Part shown: piece after piece, positions 31,804 through 43,670 of the stretch | Position numbering within the stretch: position 1 is the stretch's first letter | Layout of the letters: the number at the start of each line of letters is the position of its first letter | Assembly (NCBI GenBank): GCA_963771075.1 | Contig: CAVYSE010000017.1 | Span: 1-64,000 of the forward strand | DNA length: 64,000 nucleotides | Direction of reading: 5' to 3' | Source: a candidate division FCPU426 bacterium | Lineage (GTDB): Bacteria > Oederibacteriota > Muellerivitia > Muellerivitales > Muellerivitaceae | The notes under the pieces: model-generated | What the model was told of the DNA's origin: nothing | What the model saw: only the letters and a program-made list of their open reading frames with translations | Databases searched by the model: none | Made by a program: the position numbers and the translations under genes

Positions 31804-32570
31804 GAGCGCACCGGGATATTTTTGTAGCGAAGATATTCCCGGGCTTCTTTCACCGTATATTCGCCGTAATGAAAAATGGACGCGGCCAAAACCGCGTCCG
31901 CCTTTCCGTAAAGGATTCCATCGGCCAGGTGATCGAGGTTCCCGACCCCGCCCGATGCGATAACCGGCACCTTGACGGCCTCGCTGACCGCCCGGGTCAA
32001 ATCCAAGTCGTAGCCGCTTTTCATACCGTCCTGGTCCATGCTGGTCAGGAGTATCTCCCCTGCGCCCAAACCTACGCCTTCCTTGGCCCATTGGACCGCG
32101 TCCTTGCCCGTGGCGATCCGCCCGCCATGGGTGTAAACCTCCCATCCCTTCGCGGGGTCTTGAGGATCCCTTCGTTTCGCATCGATGGCGAGAACAATGC
32201 ATTGGGCCCCGAATTTCTCGGCCCCCTCCTTCAAAACGATAGGATTTTCCACCGCGCGGGTGTTCAGCGAAACCTTGTCCGCGCCGGACTTCAGGAGTGT
32301 CCGGATATCGTCAGTGGTTCGAACACCCCCGCCCACCGTCAGTGGCATAAATACCGCCTCGGCGGTGCGGGTGACCACATCCAGGAGAATGTCGCGTTTT
32401 TCGAAGGAAGCGGTGATATCGAGAAAAACCAGCTCATCGGCCTGCTCGGCGTCGTATTGTTTGGCGATCTCCACCGGATCCCCGGCGTCACGCAAATTCT
32501 GGAATTTGACGCCCTTGACCACCCGGCCTTCCTTGACGTCCAGACAGGGGATGATTCTTTTCGCTAACAT
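31800..32570 (-). CDS. hisF: Imidazole glycerol phosphate synthase subunit
   Basis: [27 protein letters not shown]. Confidence 0.97.
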   Translation of the reverse strand: MLAKRIIPCLDVKEGRVVKGVKFQNLRDAGDPVEIAKQYDAEQADELVFLDITASFEKRDILLDVVTRTAEAVFMPLTVGGGVRTTDDIRTLLKSGADKVSLNTRAVENPIVLKEGAEKFGAQCIVLAIDAKRRDPQDPAKGWEVYTHGGRIATGKDAVQWAKEGVGLGAGEILLTSMDQDGMKSGYDLDLTRAVSEAVKVPVIASGGVGNLDHLADGILYGKADAVLAASIFHYGEYTVKEAREYLRYKNIPVRS

Positions 32571-33347
32571 TTAATTCGATTTCTTTTTCTTGGTTTTCGC
32601 CTTGGGAGCTTTGGGAGCCGGGGGCTCGGTGGCGATCTTGATGGCCTGTTTCAAATCAATTTTGCCCGTGTAAAGCGCCTTTCCGATGATGACCGAGCTG
32701 ATGCCGTACTTTTCAAGCCTCTTGGCATGCTCAATGTCCCGGTAGCTGGAAATACCGCCCGAAACGATCACGGGTATCTGGACCGCGACGGATAGTTCCT
32801 TGGTACTTTTGAAATTGGGCCCCTCCAGCATTCCATCCCGCTGGATATCCGTGAAAATAATGGAGCCAACGCCCAAATCGGCCATTTCCTTGGCCAAATC
32901 GACCGCGTTGACCTTCGTGACCTGCTTCCAACCCTTGATGGCCACCATTCCCTTTTTGGCGTCGATCCCTGCGATAATGGCTTTTCCATATTCGGCTACG
33001 GCTTCCTTCACGAATTCTTTGTTTTGGACCGCTGAGGTTCCCAGGATCACCGAGGTCACCCCCAGGTTCATGACCTTCTCAATGGTCTTCAAATCGCGGA
33101 TGCCGCCCCCCACCTGCACTTTCATGTCGGTGGCCTTGATGATTTCCTTCACGTATTCCAGGTTGCTGAGTTTTCCGGAAAAGGCCCCATCCAAATCAAT
33201 GACATGCAGCCTTTTGGCGCCCTTAAGCTTCCAGAGCTTGGCGACGGAGACCGGCTCCTGGGAATATACCGTCTCGTCACGCAAATCGCCCTGAACAAGC
33301 CGGACGCAGCGCCCCTTCCTCAGATCGATCGCGGGAATCACGTACAT
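32571..33347 (-). CDS. hisA: ProFAR isomerase
   Basis: IPAIDL..G..VRL.QG, H..DLDGA, GGGIR, TDI.RDG. Confidence 0.97.
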   Translation of the reverse strand: MYVIPAIDLRKGRCVRLVQGDLRDETVYSQEPVSVAKLWKLKGAKRLHVIDLDGAFSGKLSNLEYVKEIIKATDMKVQVGGGIRDLKTIEKVMNLGVTSVILGTSAVQNKEFVKEAVAEYGKAIIAGIDAKKGMVAIKGWKQVTKVNAVDLAKEMADLGVGSIIFTDIQRDGMLEGPNFKSTKELSVAVQIPVIVSGGISSYRDIEHAKRLEKYGISSVIIGKALYTGKIDLKQAIKIATEPPAPKAPKAKTKKKKSN

Positions 33348-33350
33348 AAT

Positions 33351-33959
33351 TTAGCCCACCAATTCCTTGAAATTTTCATAGATGCGCAATCCCGCCTCTT
33401 GGCTCTTCTCGGGGTGGAACTGCGTTCCAAAGATGTTGTCCCGCCAAACCATGCAGGTGAAGTCAACGTCATATTGGCACTTGGCCGCGGTGATGGATTC
33501 ATCATCCGGAACCACGTAATAGGAATGAACGAAATAGAGGTAAGCGCCCTCTTTCAACCCCTTGAGGAGGGGGTTGCCCGGTTTCGTCGCGCGAATCTGG
33601 TTCCAACCCATATGGGGCACCTTCTGGCCCTGGTTGAATTTGACGACCCGGCCCGGGAAAACCCCTAAACCCTTGGACAAGCCAAACTCCTCGCTCTCCG
33701 CGAAGAGCATTTGAAGCCCGACGCATACGCCCAAGAACGGTTTGCCCGAGGCGATGAAATCCTCGATGGCTTTGGCGAGGTCGGATCGGTGCATGGCGTC
33801 CATGGAATCCTTGAAAGCGCCCACGCCGGGCAATACCACTCCGTCCGACCCGGCCACGTCTTTCCAGTCGGAAGTCACGCGGGTTTGGGCGCCCACTTTC
33901 TCGAGCGCCTTCGCCACGCTGTGAAGGTTTCCCACGCCGTAATCGACAACGGTGATCAT
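33351..33959 (-). CDS. hisH: IGP synthase glutaminase subunit
   Basis: DYGVGN, LPGVG, GVCVG.Q, PHMGWN, YFVHSY, QFHPEKS. Confidence 0.97.
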   Translation of the reverse strand: MITVVDYGVGNLHSVAKALEKVGAQTRVTSDWKDVAGSDGVVLPGVGAFKDSMDAMHRSDLAKAIEDFIASGKPFLGVCVGLQMLFAESEEFGLSKGLGVFPGRVVKFNQGQKVPHMGWNQIRATKPGNPLLKGLKEGAYLYFVHSYYVVPDDESITAAKCQYDVDFTCMVWRDNIFGTQFHPEKSQEAGLRIYENFKELVG

Positions 33960-33974
33960 CCACCCGCTCCGCTT

Positions 33975-34569
33975 CTAAAGATTGCCCTTGGTCGAAGGAA
34001 CTCCCCTTACCTGTCCATCCCGGGCCACGGCCATCTTGAGGGCCCGCGCGAAACTCTTGAAGGCCGCCTCGACGATGTGGTGGCTGTTTCGCCCGTGAAT
34101 TTTTTCCAGGTGCAGGTTGAACTTGCCGTTGTCGACAACCGCCTTGAAGAAATCCTCCACCAGTTCGGTATCGAAGGTTCCAATGCGCTTCTTGACGTTC
34201 AGGTCGAGGACAAAATTCATGTAACTGCGGCCGCTGAGGTCCACCACGGTGCGCACCAAGGCCTCGTCCAGGGGCACGTAAAAATGTCCGATACCGACCG
34301 ATTCCCGCCTTGTCGCCCAGGGCCTTGTCCAGGGCTGCCCCTAAGCAGATGCCGATATCCTCCACCGTGTGGTGATCGTCGACGTGGGTGTCGCCCTTGG
34401 CGATGACTTTCAAGTCAAATCCGCTGTGTTTGCTGAAGGCTTCCAGCATGTGGGTCAAAAAAGGCACGGGAGTCTTCACCTGGTGGATTCCGGAGCCATC
34501 CAGGTTCAACGTGAGTTCGATGTCGGTTTCTTTGGTTTTGCGTTTGAGGGAAGCGGTTCGTTTGGGCAT
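33975..34569 (-). CDS. hisB: Imidazoleglycerol-phosphate dehydratase, interrupted by a 1-nt insertion near 34290
   Basis: [16 protein letters not shown], then PLDEAL and NSHH..EA.FK in the next frame. Removing the C in TAT-C-GGA restores [12 protein letters not shown]. Confidence 0.9.
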
Positions 34570-34594
34570 GGAAAGCTCCAGGGGCCTTCCCTTT

Positions 34595-35668
34595 TTACCG
34601 GCTCTTCAGGAGGCCTTTTAACTCCCGCAGCAGATGGTCGTTCTGGTCGGGGGTTCCCACCGTGACCCGGAAGCATTGTCTTAATCTCGGATGGGGGAAG
34701 TATCTTACCAAAATAAGTTTTCTTTTGAGATTTTTGTAAAGGGCTTCCGCGCGGACGCCCGGGGGGCAATGGGCAAGCAAGAAATTTGCCTGACTCAAGG
34801 GCACCATAAAACCCAGGTCACGCAATTCTTTAATCAGGCGGGTTCTCTCGTTCTTTAAAAGCTTAATTTTCGCTTTTTGCTCCAGAATTCCCTGGTAGCC
34901 CAATGCTTCCAGCGCGAGTCCCTGGGTGATTCGATTCACGTTATAGGAATCCTTGACCTTTAAAAGCTGGACGATGACTTCGGGATGGCCAAAAACATAT
35001 CCCATGCGGGCCCCGGCCAGGGAAAAGGATTTGGACATGGTGCGAAGTACCAAAACATTCGGGTGTTTCTTTGCCAGGGAAAGGCAATCGCTTTCCGCGA
35101 AATCCACATAGGCCTCGTCGATCAAGACCAGGCCTTTTGTTTTCGAGCAAAAGGCGGCCATGTTCATCGCGTCAAAACAATTCCCCACGGGCGGGTTGGG
35201 ATGGCCCCATAGGGTAAGCCGGGCTCGGGGCGAGAATTTTTCAAAGGGCAGTTGATATTTCCCGTCTAACGGGACCTCTTGGATCTTCGCCTCGCTGATC
35301 TCGGCTAAAACAGGGTATAGGCTGTAGGTCAAATCAGGGTATTGGACCAAGTCGCCCTTGCCCACACAGGCCCTAAATAAGATGGAAAGGATCTCGTCCG
35401 ATCCGTTCCCCACCAGAATGCCCTCGGCTGGCCACCGGTAATGTTTGGAAAGGGCTCGGCGAAGAGTATGGGCGGTGGGTTCCGGGTAAAGGCGCAATCG
35501 GAAATCGCCCAATTTTCCAACGGCCTTTTGAACGGCCTTGGCCGGGGCATAGGGATTTTCATTGGTATTAAGTTTGATGGTCCGCAGGTTGGCGGGCTGT
35601 TCGCCAGGTGTGTAACCTTCCATCTTGATGATCGCGGGACGGAACCAATTTTTGAGTTTCTTGTTCAT
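34595..35668 (-). CDS. hisC: Histidinol-phosphate aminotransferase
   Basis: [32 protein letters not shown]. Confidence 0.95.
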   Translation of the reverse strand: MNKKLKNWFRPAIIKMEGYTPGEQPANLRTIKLNTNENPYAPAKAVQKAVGKLGDFRLRLYPEPTAHTLRRALSKHYRWPAEGILVGNGSDEILSILFRACVGKGDLVQYPDLTYSLYPVLAEISEAKIQEVPLDGKYQLPFEKFSPRARLTLWGHPNPPVGNCFDAMNMAAFCSKTKGLVLIDEAYVDFAESDCLSLAKKHPNVLVLRTMSKSFSLAGARMGYVFGHPEVIVQLLKVKDSYNVNRITQGLALEALGYQGILEQKAKIKLLKNERTRLIKELRDLGFMVPLSQANFLLAHCPPGVRAEALYKNLKRKLILVRYFPHPRLRQCFRVTVGTPDQNDHLLRELKGLLKSR

Positions 35669-35741
35669 GGATATACCTTTTATCAGGAAGTTTTAGAGGT
35701 TGAATTCAGCAATCTTTAATAAAACCTCAAGCCAAAGACAA

Positions 35742-35846
35742 TTTTCACCGCCAAGTCGCAAAGTTCGCCAAGAAAGGCAAAAGAAAAGTTTCAAAATTTT
35801 TGTCTCTTACGTTGTTCTTGGCGTCCTTGGCGTCTTGGCGGTTAAA
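35742..35846. repeat. Intergenic palindromic REP/MITE-like element
   Basis: TTCACCGCCAAGTCGC...CTTGGCGTCTTGGCGGTTAA arms. Confidence 0.7.
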
Positions 35847-35876
35847 TGGTTTTTGTTAGACTTTTGGATCTAGAAG

Positions 35877-37229
35877 TCAATTAACTCTTGCTTTGAGACG
35901 CAAGAGGACGCTTCGGGCGTGCGCGCCCAGGCCTTCCTTTTCGGCAAAATCAGCCGTGGCTTGTCCATAAGCCTTTAAGCCCGCGGGATGCATTTCCAAA
36001 TGGTTAGTTCGCTTGAGAAAGTCATAGACGGAAAGCCCCGAGGCATAGCGTGCCGTACCGCCCGTGGGAAGCACGTGGTTAGGCCCGGCGGTGTAATCGC
36101 CAAAGGCCTCGGCGCTCAAAGCCCCTATGAAAAGGGCCCCGGCATGTCTTAATCCGCCCACCCAAGACCTGGTTTCCCTCACCAACAGTTCCAAGTGCTC
36201 AGGCGCGAAACGGTTGGCAAAATCCATCGCTTGGGCTTTGGAAGAAGCCACCAATATGGCTCCCCGGCTTTTAATGGAAGCGGAGGCGATGAGTTCGCGT
36301 TTTAAGAGTTTCACCTGGCGGTCCACCTCGCGAGAAACTTCTTGGGCATAACTTTCATTCAAGGAAACTAAAAGGGGCATGGCCATCTCGTCATGTTCGG
36401 CCTGGGCCAAAAGGTCAGCCGCGGCCCAGGAGGCGGGCGCGGAACCGTCGGCGATGATTAAAACCTCGCTAGGACCTGGAAACCCATCGATTCCTACCTG
36501 GCCGAAGACCTTGCGTTTGGCCAAGGCCACGAAGAGGTTGCTGGGGCCGGTAATCTTGTCAACCGCCGGAACGGTTTTCGTGCCATAAGCTAGGGCCGCG
36601 ATGGCTTGGGCACCGCCGATTTTGTAAATTTGATCGGCTCCTGAAAGGTAGGCCGCCGCCAATACTGCGGGGGGCACCTTCCCGTCCTTCTTAACGGGCG
36701 TGACAACGATGGTTTCCTTCACCCCGGCCACCTTGGCGGGAACCACATTCATGATGACCGAGGAAGGATAAGCGGCCAGGCCGCCCGGCACATAGAGCCC
36801 CACCCGGTCCAAGGGAATCCACCTTTGGCCCACCATGGCCTCTTTGCCGCCATAGAACCAATCCTTGGGTTTTTCCCTGAGGTGAAAGGCTTTGACGTTC
36901 TTGATGGCGATTCGCAGGGCTTTCATAAGGGAAGGGCTGATGGCATTCAAGGCCGCCTTGATTTCAGCGGGCGCGACCTTGAGGTTGCGGGAATTGGCTG
37001 AAAACCCGTCGAAAGAACGGCAATACTTGAAAAGGGCGGTATCCCCCTTCTTTTTCACGTCCTGGACGATACGCTCGACGGCCTGCTCGGGGGTTAAATC
37101 ACGGCCGAAAACTTTACGAGTCAGGGCCGAGCGGCTCCCCGCGCCCTTGAGTTCCACCAGGGCCTCTCGGCGCACAAGTTTCTCTATGCTTTTGTGATCG
37201 GTTTTTTTATTGAAGTGAAGTATTCGCAT
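35877..37229 (-). CDS. hisD: Histidinol dehydrogenase
   Basis: GLYVPGG, GGAQA, GPSE, LLAQAEH, APEHL, GPNHVLPT. Confidence 0.97.
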   Translation of the reverse strand: MRILHFNKKTDHKSIEKLVRREALVELKGAGSRSALTRKVFGRDLTPEQAVERIVQDVKKKGDTALFKYCRSFDGFSANSRNLKVAPAEIKAALNAISPSLMKALRIAIKNVKAFHLREKPKDWFYGGKEAMVGQRWIPLDRVGLYVPGGLAAYPSSVIMNVVPAKVAGVKETIVVTPVKKDGKVPPAVLAAAYLSGADQIYKIGGAQAIAALAYGTKTVPAVDKITGPSNLFVALAKRKVFGQVGIDGFPGPSEVLIIADGSAPASWAAADLLAQAEHDEMAMPLLVSLNESYAQEVSREVDRQVKLLKRELIASASIKSRGAILVASSKAQAMDFANRFAPEHLELLVRETRSWVGGLRHAGALFIGALSAEAFGDYTAGPNHVLPTGGTARYASGLSVYDFLKRTNHLEMHPAGLKAYGQATADFAEKEGLGAHARSVLLRLKARVN

Positions 37230-37277
37230 TTCAAGCCTTATTCAAAGTTCTTAAAAACAATTTCTTTTTTCGTCGTT

Positions 37278-37337
37278 CTTGGCGGCCTTGGCGCGATGCA
37301 AGCTTGCCCCCGTAGGGGGCGCATCGTGGCGGTGAAA
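37278..37337. repeat. Half copy of the same REP-like element with a nested hairpin
   Basis: CTTGGCGGCCTTGGCG-[CGATGC..GCCCCCGTAGGGGGC GCATCG]-TGGCGGTGAAA. Confidence 0.55.
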
Positions 37338-37350
37338 TATGGTTAAAGTC

Positions 37351-38610
37351 TCAATCCACCCGTTGGATATCGGCGCCAAGGGCCGATAACTTGGCTTCGA
37401 TTCTCTCATAACCCCTGTCCAAATGGTAAATGCGTTGGACCAGAGTTTCACCCTCTGCCATCAACCCAGCCAAAATGAGGGCCGCGCTGGCCCGAAGGTC
37501 CGAGGCCATGACGGGCGCGCCGGAAAGTTTCGGCACCCCCTTCACCACCGCGTATGAACGGTCAATGGTAATGTCCGCGCCCATGCGGTTCAGCTCAAAA
37601 ACGTGCATGAAACGGTTTTCCCATATTGTTTCGGTCACCAGGCTGACCCCATCCACCACCGCCAAAAGCGCCATGATCTGGGCCTGCATGTCCGTGGGAA
37701 AACCGGGATAGGGCAAAACCATGATGTTGGCGGGCCGGTATGTCCCATTTCCACTAACGCGAATTCCTTGGGCGGATTCCTCTACCTTTGCCCCAATGGC
37801 CCTCAATCTTTCCGTAACGGCTTCGAGATGCTTGGGTTCGGCCTTGGTCAACAGCACGTCGCCCCGGGTAATAGCCGCGGCGGTCATGAAGGTGCCTGCC
37901 TCCACCCGGTCTGGGATCACGGAATAGAAGACACCCTTCAGGGTTTTTCTACCCGGGATGACCAAACGGGAAGTTCCCCCTCCCTCAATCTGGGCGCCCA
38001 TCGCGTTCAAGAAACGAATGAGTTCTTCCACTTCAGGTTCAGAGGAAGCCCCCTCGATGACGGTAGTCCCTTCGGCAGCAGTGGCAGCCATTGTCACGTT
38101 GACGGTGGCGCCCACACTGGGACCGTGCGGCCCGGCAAGGTGGATAGTAGCTCCCTTCAGCTTGGAAGCCTTGGCGTGAACATAACCATGCTGGATGGTG
38201 ACCTTGGCGCCCAACTGTTCCACACCTTTCAGGTGAAGGTCGATGGGCCGTGCCCCGATGGCACATCCGCCGGGCAGGGAAACCTTGGCTTCTCCCAGCT
38301 TAGCCAGGCAGGCCCCGAGGGAATAAATGGAAGCCCGCATGGTCTTCACGAGTTCATAAGGCGCTTCGAACTGGTTGAACCCGGCGGGGTTGATCTGTAA
38401 CTGATGGTCTTTCATCTCCACATGGGCACCCAGGCGGCGCAACACCTCGGCCATGGTCTTGATGTCATTTAAGAGGGGTATGTTGGAAAGGGAGGAGGGG
38501 CTGTCGGCCAATAGGGCGGCCGTCATAACCGGCAGGGTGGCGTTCTTGGACCCGCTGATTTCGACCGTTCCCCGAAGGGGTTTTCCGCCGCGCACGAGGA
38601 TCTTTTGCAC
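37351..38610 (-). CDS. murA: UDP-N-acetylglucosamine 1-carboxyvinyltransferase
   Basis: SGSKNA, PGGCAIG.RP.D.H, PGFPTD, DLRA; start GTG 38610 with a GGAG RBS. Confidence 0.97.
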   Translation of the reverse strand: MQKILVRGGKPLRGTVEISGSKNATLPVMTAALLADSPSSLSNIPLLNDIKTMAEVLRRLGAHVEMKDHQLQINPAGFNQFEAPYELVKTMRASIYSLGACLAKLGEAKVSLPGGCAIGARPIDLHLKGVEQLGAKVTIQHGYVHAKASKLKGATIHLAGPHGPSVGATVNVTMAATAAEGTTVIEGASSEPEVEELIRFLNAMGAQIEGGGTSRLVIPGRKTLKGVFYSVIPDRVEAGTFMTAAAITRGDVLLTKAEPKHLEAVTERLRAIGAKVEESAQGIRVSGNGTYRPANIMVLPYPGFPTDMQAQIMALLAVVDGVSLVTETIWENRFMHVFELNRMGADITIDRSYAVVKGVPKLSGAPVMASDLRASAALILAGLMAEGETLVQRIYHLDRGYERIEAKLSALGADIQRVD

Positions 38611-38633
38611 GAAAAGCTCCCAAAAACAAAAAA

Positions 38634-38772
38634 TGAACCGCGAAGACGCGAAGGACACGAAGAAAAGCTTTAAATAAAAAAACCGTCCCCATGAGACGGC
38701 CTTTTTAAAAATCGGATTATTTTAAAACCAATCTTCGTCTTTGCCTTAAACTTCGCGTCTTCGCGGTGAAAA
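38634..38772. repeat. Intergenic palindromic REP/MITE-like element
   Basis: AACCGCGAAGACGCGAAG...CTTCGCGTCTTCGCGGTGAA arms. Confidence 0.7.
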
Positions 38773-38780
38773 AATAAAAA

Positions 38781-39171
38781 GAAGCAGGTCATAAGCCGAA
38801 TTCTGTCAATGTGATCATTTCTCTGGCGGGAACCGTTACCGGTCCCGTCCTATAGCGATCTTACCCGAAGGCCTCCCTTTCCAGTGAAGGAACGGGATAA
38901 GGCGGACCGCCTTGAAGCCTCCCTATTTGATCTTGCTCCGGATGGGGTTTGCCGTGCCGTCTGCATTGCTGAAGACGCGGTGGGCTCTTACCCCACCTTT
39001 TCACCCTTACCCCAAGAAGCCTTGCGGCCCCTTGCGGCGGTATATTCTCTGTGGCACTTTCCTTCACCTTTTGAGGGGTGACCGGGCGTTACCCGGCATC
39101 CTGTCCTTTGGAGTTCGGACTTTCCTCGGCGGCAGGGGAAACCCCAGCCGACGCGATCACAGACCTGCTTC
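38781..39171 (-). ncRNA. rnpB: RNase P RNA
   Basis: GAGGAAAGTCCG and GACAGAATTCGGCTTA universal motifs on the minus strand; terminal P1 stem GAAGCAGGTC/GACCTGCTTC. Confidence 0.97.
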
Positions 39172-39243
39172 CACGGGTCATGATAGGGGGAAAAGAGGGC
39201 AAAATCCAGCGGGAGTAACCTGCGATATCAGGCCCTGGTTGGC

Positions 39244-39651
39244 TCAGTTGCCCGCGAAATGCTTGTCGATGCCTTCATTGGAAAGCCGGTCGGCGTGCTT
39301 ATTTTCTTCCCGGGGCACATGGGTATAGCCATTGCACTTTATAAACTTCAGGTATTCCTTGGCCTTCTGATGAAGGGGAATGATGCCAGGATGCTTCACT
39401 TTGTAGATGCCCTTGAGTTGCCGGATCATCAGCTCGCTGTCGGCATAAATCTCGATGGGTTCCAGCTTTTTCTTCACGCAATAATCCAGCGCCGCCAGTA
39501 GAGCGGAGTATTCAGCCACATTATTGGTGGTTTCCCCAATGTACTCAGCGATCTCATGAACTACCTTGCCGTCTTTGAAGATAACAGCACCGATACCCGC
39601 CGGACCCGGGTTTCCCCGCGAAGCACCGTCACTGTAAATTTGGAATGACAT
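39244..39651 (-). CDS. rnhA: Ribonuclease HI family protein
   Basis: DGASRGNPG, TNNVAEY, DSEL, HVPREEN..AD. Confidence 0.9.
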   Translation of the reverse strand: MSFQIYSDGASRGNPGPAGIGAVIFKDGKVVHEIAEYIGETTNNVAEYSALLAALDYCVKKKLEPIEIYADSELMIRQLKGIYKVKHPGIIPLHQKAKEYLKFIKCNGYTHVPREENKHADRLSNEGIDKHFAGN

Positions 39652-39797
39652 TTTCACACCCGCCTTCTTGAACAAACAAGTTCTGGAATAACACCCATAA
39701 GGTTAAGACAAAAATCCAACAAAAAAGAGACTAAAGGTGATAAATTTTAGCCAGCACTATCTTCATCATATTGATTTTGTTATTTTCAAGGCACCCT

Positions 39798-41078
39798 ATG
39801 TCCTACACCACCGATTCAAACGAACTCGATCTCCAACTGATGCTTGAACGTGAATTGGTTGAAGTCCACTTTCAGCCCATTTTTTCCATTCGCGAGAAAA
39901 AAATTGTTGGTTTTGAGGCCCTTTCCAGGGGAATCCTTCCCGTTTCCGGCAAGTTGGTTCCTCCCCTTCCCCTGATGAAACTGGCCCGTGAGGTCGGATT
40001 GGCAATGGAGTTGGACAGGCTCTTTCGCAAAAAAATATTGGAGGCTTTCCGCGACTGCTGTCCCAATCCCCACGATCTTTTCCTGAGCCTCAATTTCGAG
40101 ACGTCGATCCTCAACAAGGAAGTGGGCACCCTGCAACTGATCCATCTTTGCCGGGAGCTTAACCTGGACCCTTCCACCATCATCATTGAAATCCTGGAAT
40201 CGAGGGTGAAAAATCAGGAGGACCTCCGGAAGTTTGTCCATATTCACCGGGAACACGGCTTCCTGATCGCCCTGGACGATGTGGGCAAAGGCCATTCCAA
40301 TTTCGATCGTATCGCCGCCATTCAGCCCGACCTGATCAAAATCGACCGAAGCCTGATTGAAAACTTCCAGGAGGATTACTTCCGCCAGGAAACTTTCAAA
40401 TCCCTCGTGCACTTGTCCCAAAAGATCGGGGCGCTCGTCCTGGCCGAGGGCGTGGAATCCGAGGAAGAGACCTTGAAATCCCTGGAACTGGGTGTCGACC
40501 TGCTCCAGGGCTATTTCTTTTCCAGGCCCCAGGAACCCAGCGTCGATTTCGTGGGTCTCATCACGAGCATATTGGACCCCGTGGCCGATAAATTCAAAAA
40601 AAGGATGGTTGAAAAATACAACATCCGGAAGCTCCAGCACGAGCGGTTCAGCCTCATGGTGGAAAACCTGGTGCACGATTTTTCCAAGATGTCCGAGGGA
40701 GAAATGGACGGAAAATTAGACCAGGCGCTGTCGAACAACCCCTTTGCCAAGGCGGTTTACGTGCTGGATCAAAAGGGCATTCAGTGTTCCCGCATCGCCT
40801 GCTCGGATGGGCCAAAACCGCGCAAGGGAATTTTCCGCCTCTCCGATAAGGGCACCGACTATTCCACCCGGGATTATTGTTATGGATTAATGGACCCGGG
40901 CTCCAAGCGGGAAACCTTCACGAGCGAGCCTTATATTTCTCCCGCGACCGGCCTCTTCTGCCTGACCATTTCCGCTAAGTTCAAGGACAAAAAGGGCACC
41001 CCCTTGATCCTGTGCGTGGACGTGGTGCCCACCTACCTGAAGAACATGAGCCGGATCATGACCCTCTTCGAGGGTTAA
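39798..41078 (+). CDS. EAL-domain c-di-GMP phosphodiesterase with C-terminal PDC/Cache-like domain (YkuI-like)
   Basis: FQPI, EALSR, DDVG.GHS, KIDRS, AEGVE, QGY; C-terminal EPYIS..TG..C.TIS. Confidence 0.9.
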   Translation: MSYTTDSNELDLQLMLERELVEVHFQPIFSIREKKIVGFEALSRGILPVSGKLVPPLPLMKLAREVGLAMELDRLFRKKILEAFRDCCPNPHDLFLSLNFETSILNKEVGTLQLIHLCRELNLDPSTIIIEILESRVKNQEDLRKFVHIHREHGFLIALDDVGKGHSNFDRIAAIQPDLIKIDRSLIENFQEDYFRQETFKSLVHLSQKIGALVLAEGVESEEETLKSLELGVDLLQGYFFSRPQEPSVDFVGLITSILDPVADKFKKRMVEKYNIRKLQHERFSLMVENLVHDFSKMSEGEMDGKLDQALSNNPFAKAVYVLDQKGIQCSRIACSDGPKPRKGIFRLSDKGTDYSTRDYCYGLMDPGSKRETFTSEPYISPATGLFCLTISAKFKDKKGTPLILCVDVVPTYLKNMSRIMTLFEG

Positions 41079-41096
41079 CCCCGCCAGCCTCTTCCC

Positions 41097-41906
41097 TCAA
41101 AATTTCAGGGCCCGCCGTATCACCAACGCCTCTCCCAGGATTTGCCGGAAGGTCTCGAACGTGATCTGGGTGGCAGAATCCGACTTTGCCTTGGGCGGGT
41201 CGGGATGCACTTCCAAAAAGAGCCCATCCACCCCGGCGGCCACGGCCGCCCGTACCAGAACGGGCACATGCTCCCGGGTTCCCCCGGAGGAAGTCCCCCT
41301 TGCGGCGGGCTGTTGCACGCTGTGGGTTCCGTCAAATATCACCGGACATCCGGTTTTTTGCATTTCGGGAATGCCCCGGTAATCCACCACGAGGTTGTGA
41401 TAACCGAAACTGCTACCCCTCTCGGTAAGCCATACCTGATCCGCCCCAAATGCGTTGAGTTTGTCTACCACGTTTTCCATCTCGCCTGGCGCCATAAACT
41501 GGCCCTTTTTCACGTTGATCACCCGCCGGGTCCTGGCGGCGGCCTGGAGCAGGCTGGTTTGCCGGGAAAGAAAGGCCGGGATCTGGAGGACATCCGCCAC
41601 CCTCGAGGCCGCTTTTACTTCGGCCGCCTCATGCACATCGGTCAGGATGGGAAGACCCAGCTTTTCTTTTATCGTCAGCAAATCGCCCAAACCCTTCCGC
41701 AATCCCGGGCCCCGAAATCCCCGCACGGAGGAGCGGTTCGCCTTGTCGTAAGAAGCCTTGAAGACCAGGGGCACGCCCATTTCCCCCGCGATGTCCTTCA
41801 GGGTCTTGGCGGTCTTGAGGAGGAATTCACGGCCCTCGATGACGCAAGGCCCCGCGATGACGAAAAAACGGCCGCTGATTCCCAGGTTCTTGACTTCGTC
41901 GTTCAT
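41097..41906 (-). CDS. kdsA: KDO 8-phosphate synthase
   Basis: AGPCVIE, KASYDKANRSS, IPAFL, KKGQF, D.THSVQ. Confidence 0.97.
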   Translation of the reverse strand: MNDEVKNLGISGRFFVIAGPCVIEGREFLLKTAKTLKDIAGEMGVPLVFKASYDKANRSSVRGFRGPGLRKGLGDLLTIKEKLGLPILTDVHEAAEVKAASRVADVLQIPAFLSRQTSLLQAAARTRRVINVKKGQFMAPGEMENVVDKLNAFGADQVWLTERGSSFGYHNLVVDYRGIPEMQKTGCPVIFDGTHSVQQPAARGTSSGGTREHVPVLVRAAVAAGVDGLFLEVHPDPPKAKSDSATQITFETFRQILGEALVIRRALKF

Positions 41907-41909
41907 GGT

Positions 41910-43666
<1,757 letters not shown>

Positions 43667-43670
<4 letters not shown>

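Noticed and set aside
33502..34290. 355-aa ORF suggesting a long HisB fusion
   Set aside because: The C-terminal part is out-of-frame read-through caused by the 1-nt insertion.
38861..39328. Short ORFs over the rnpB region
   Set aside because: They overlap the RNase P RNA gene and have no coding features.
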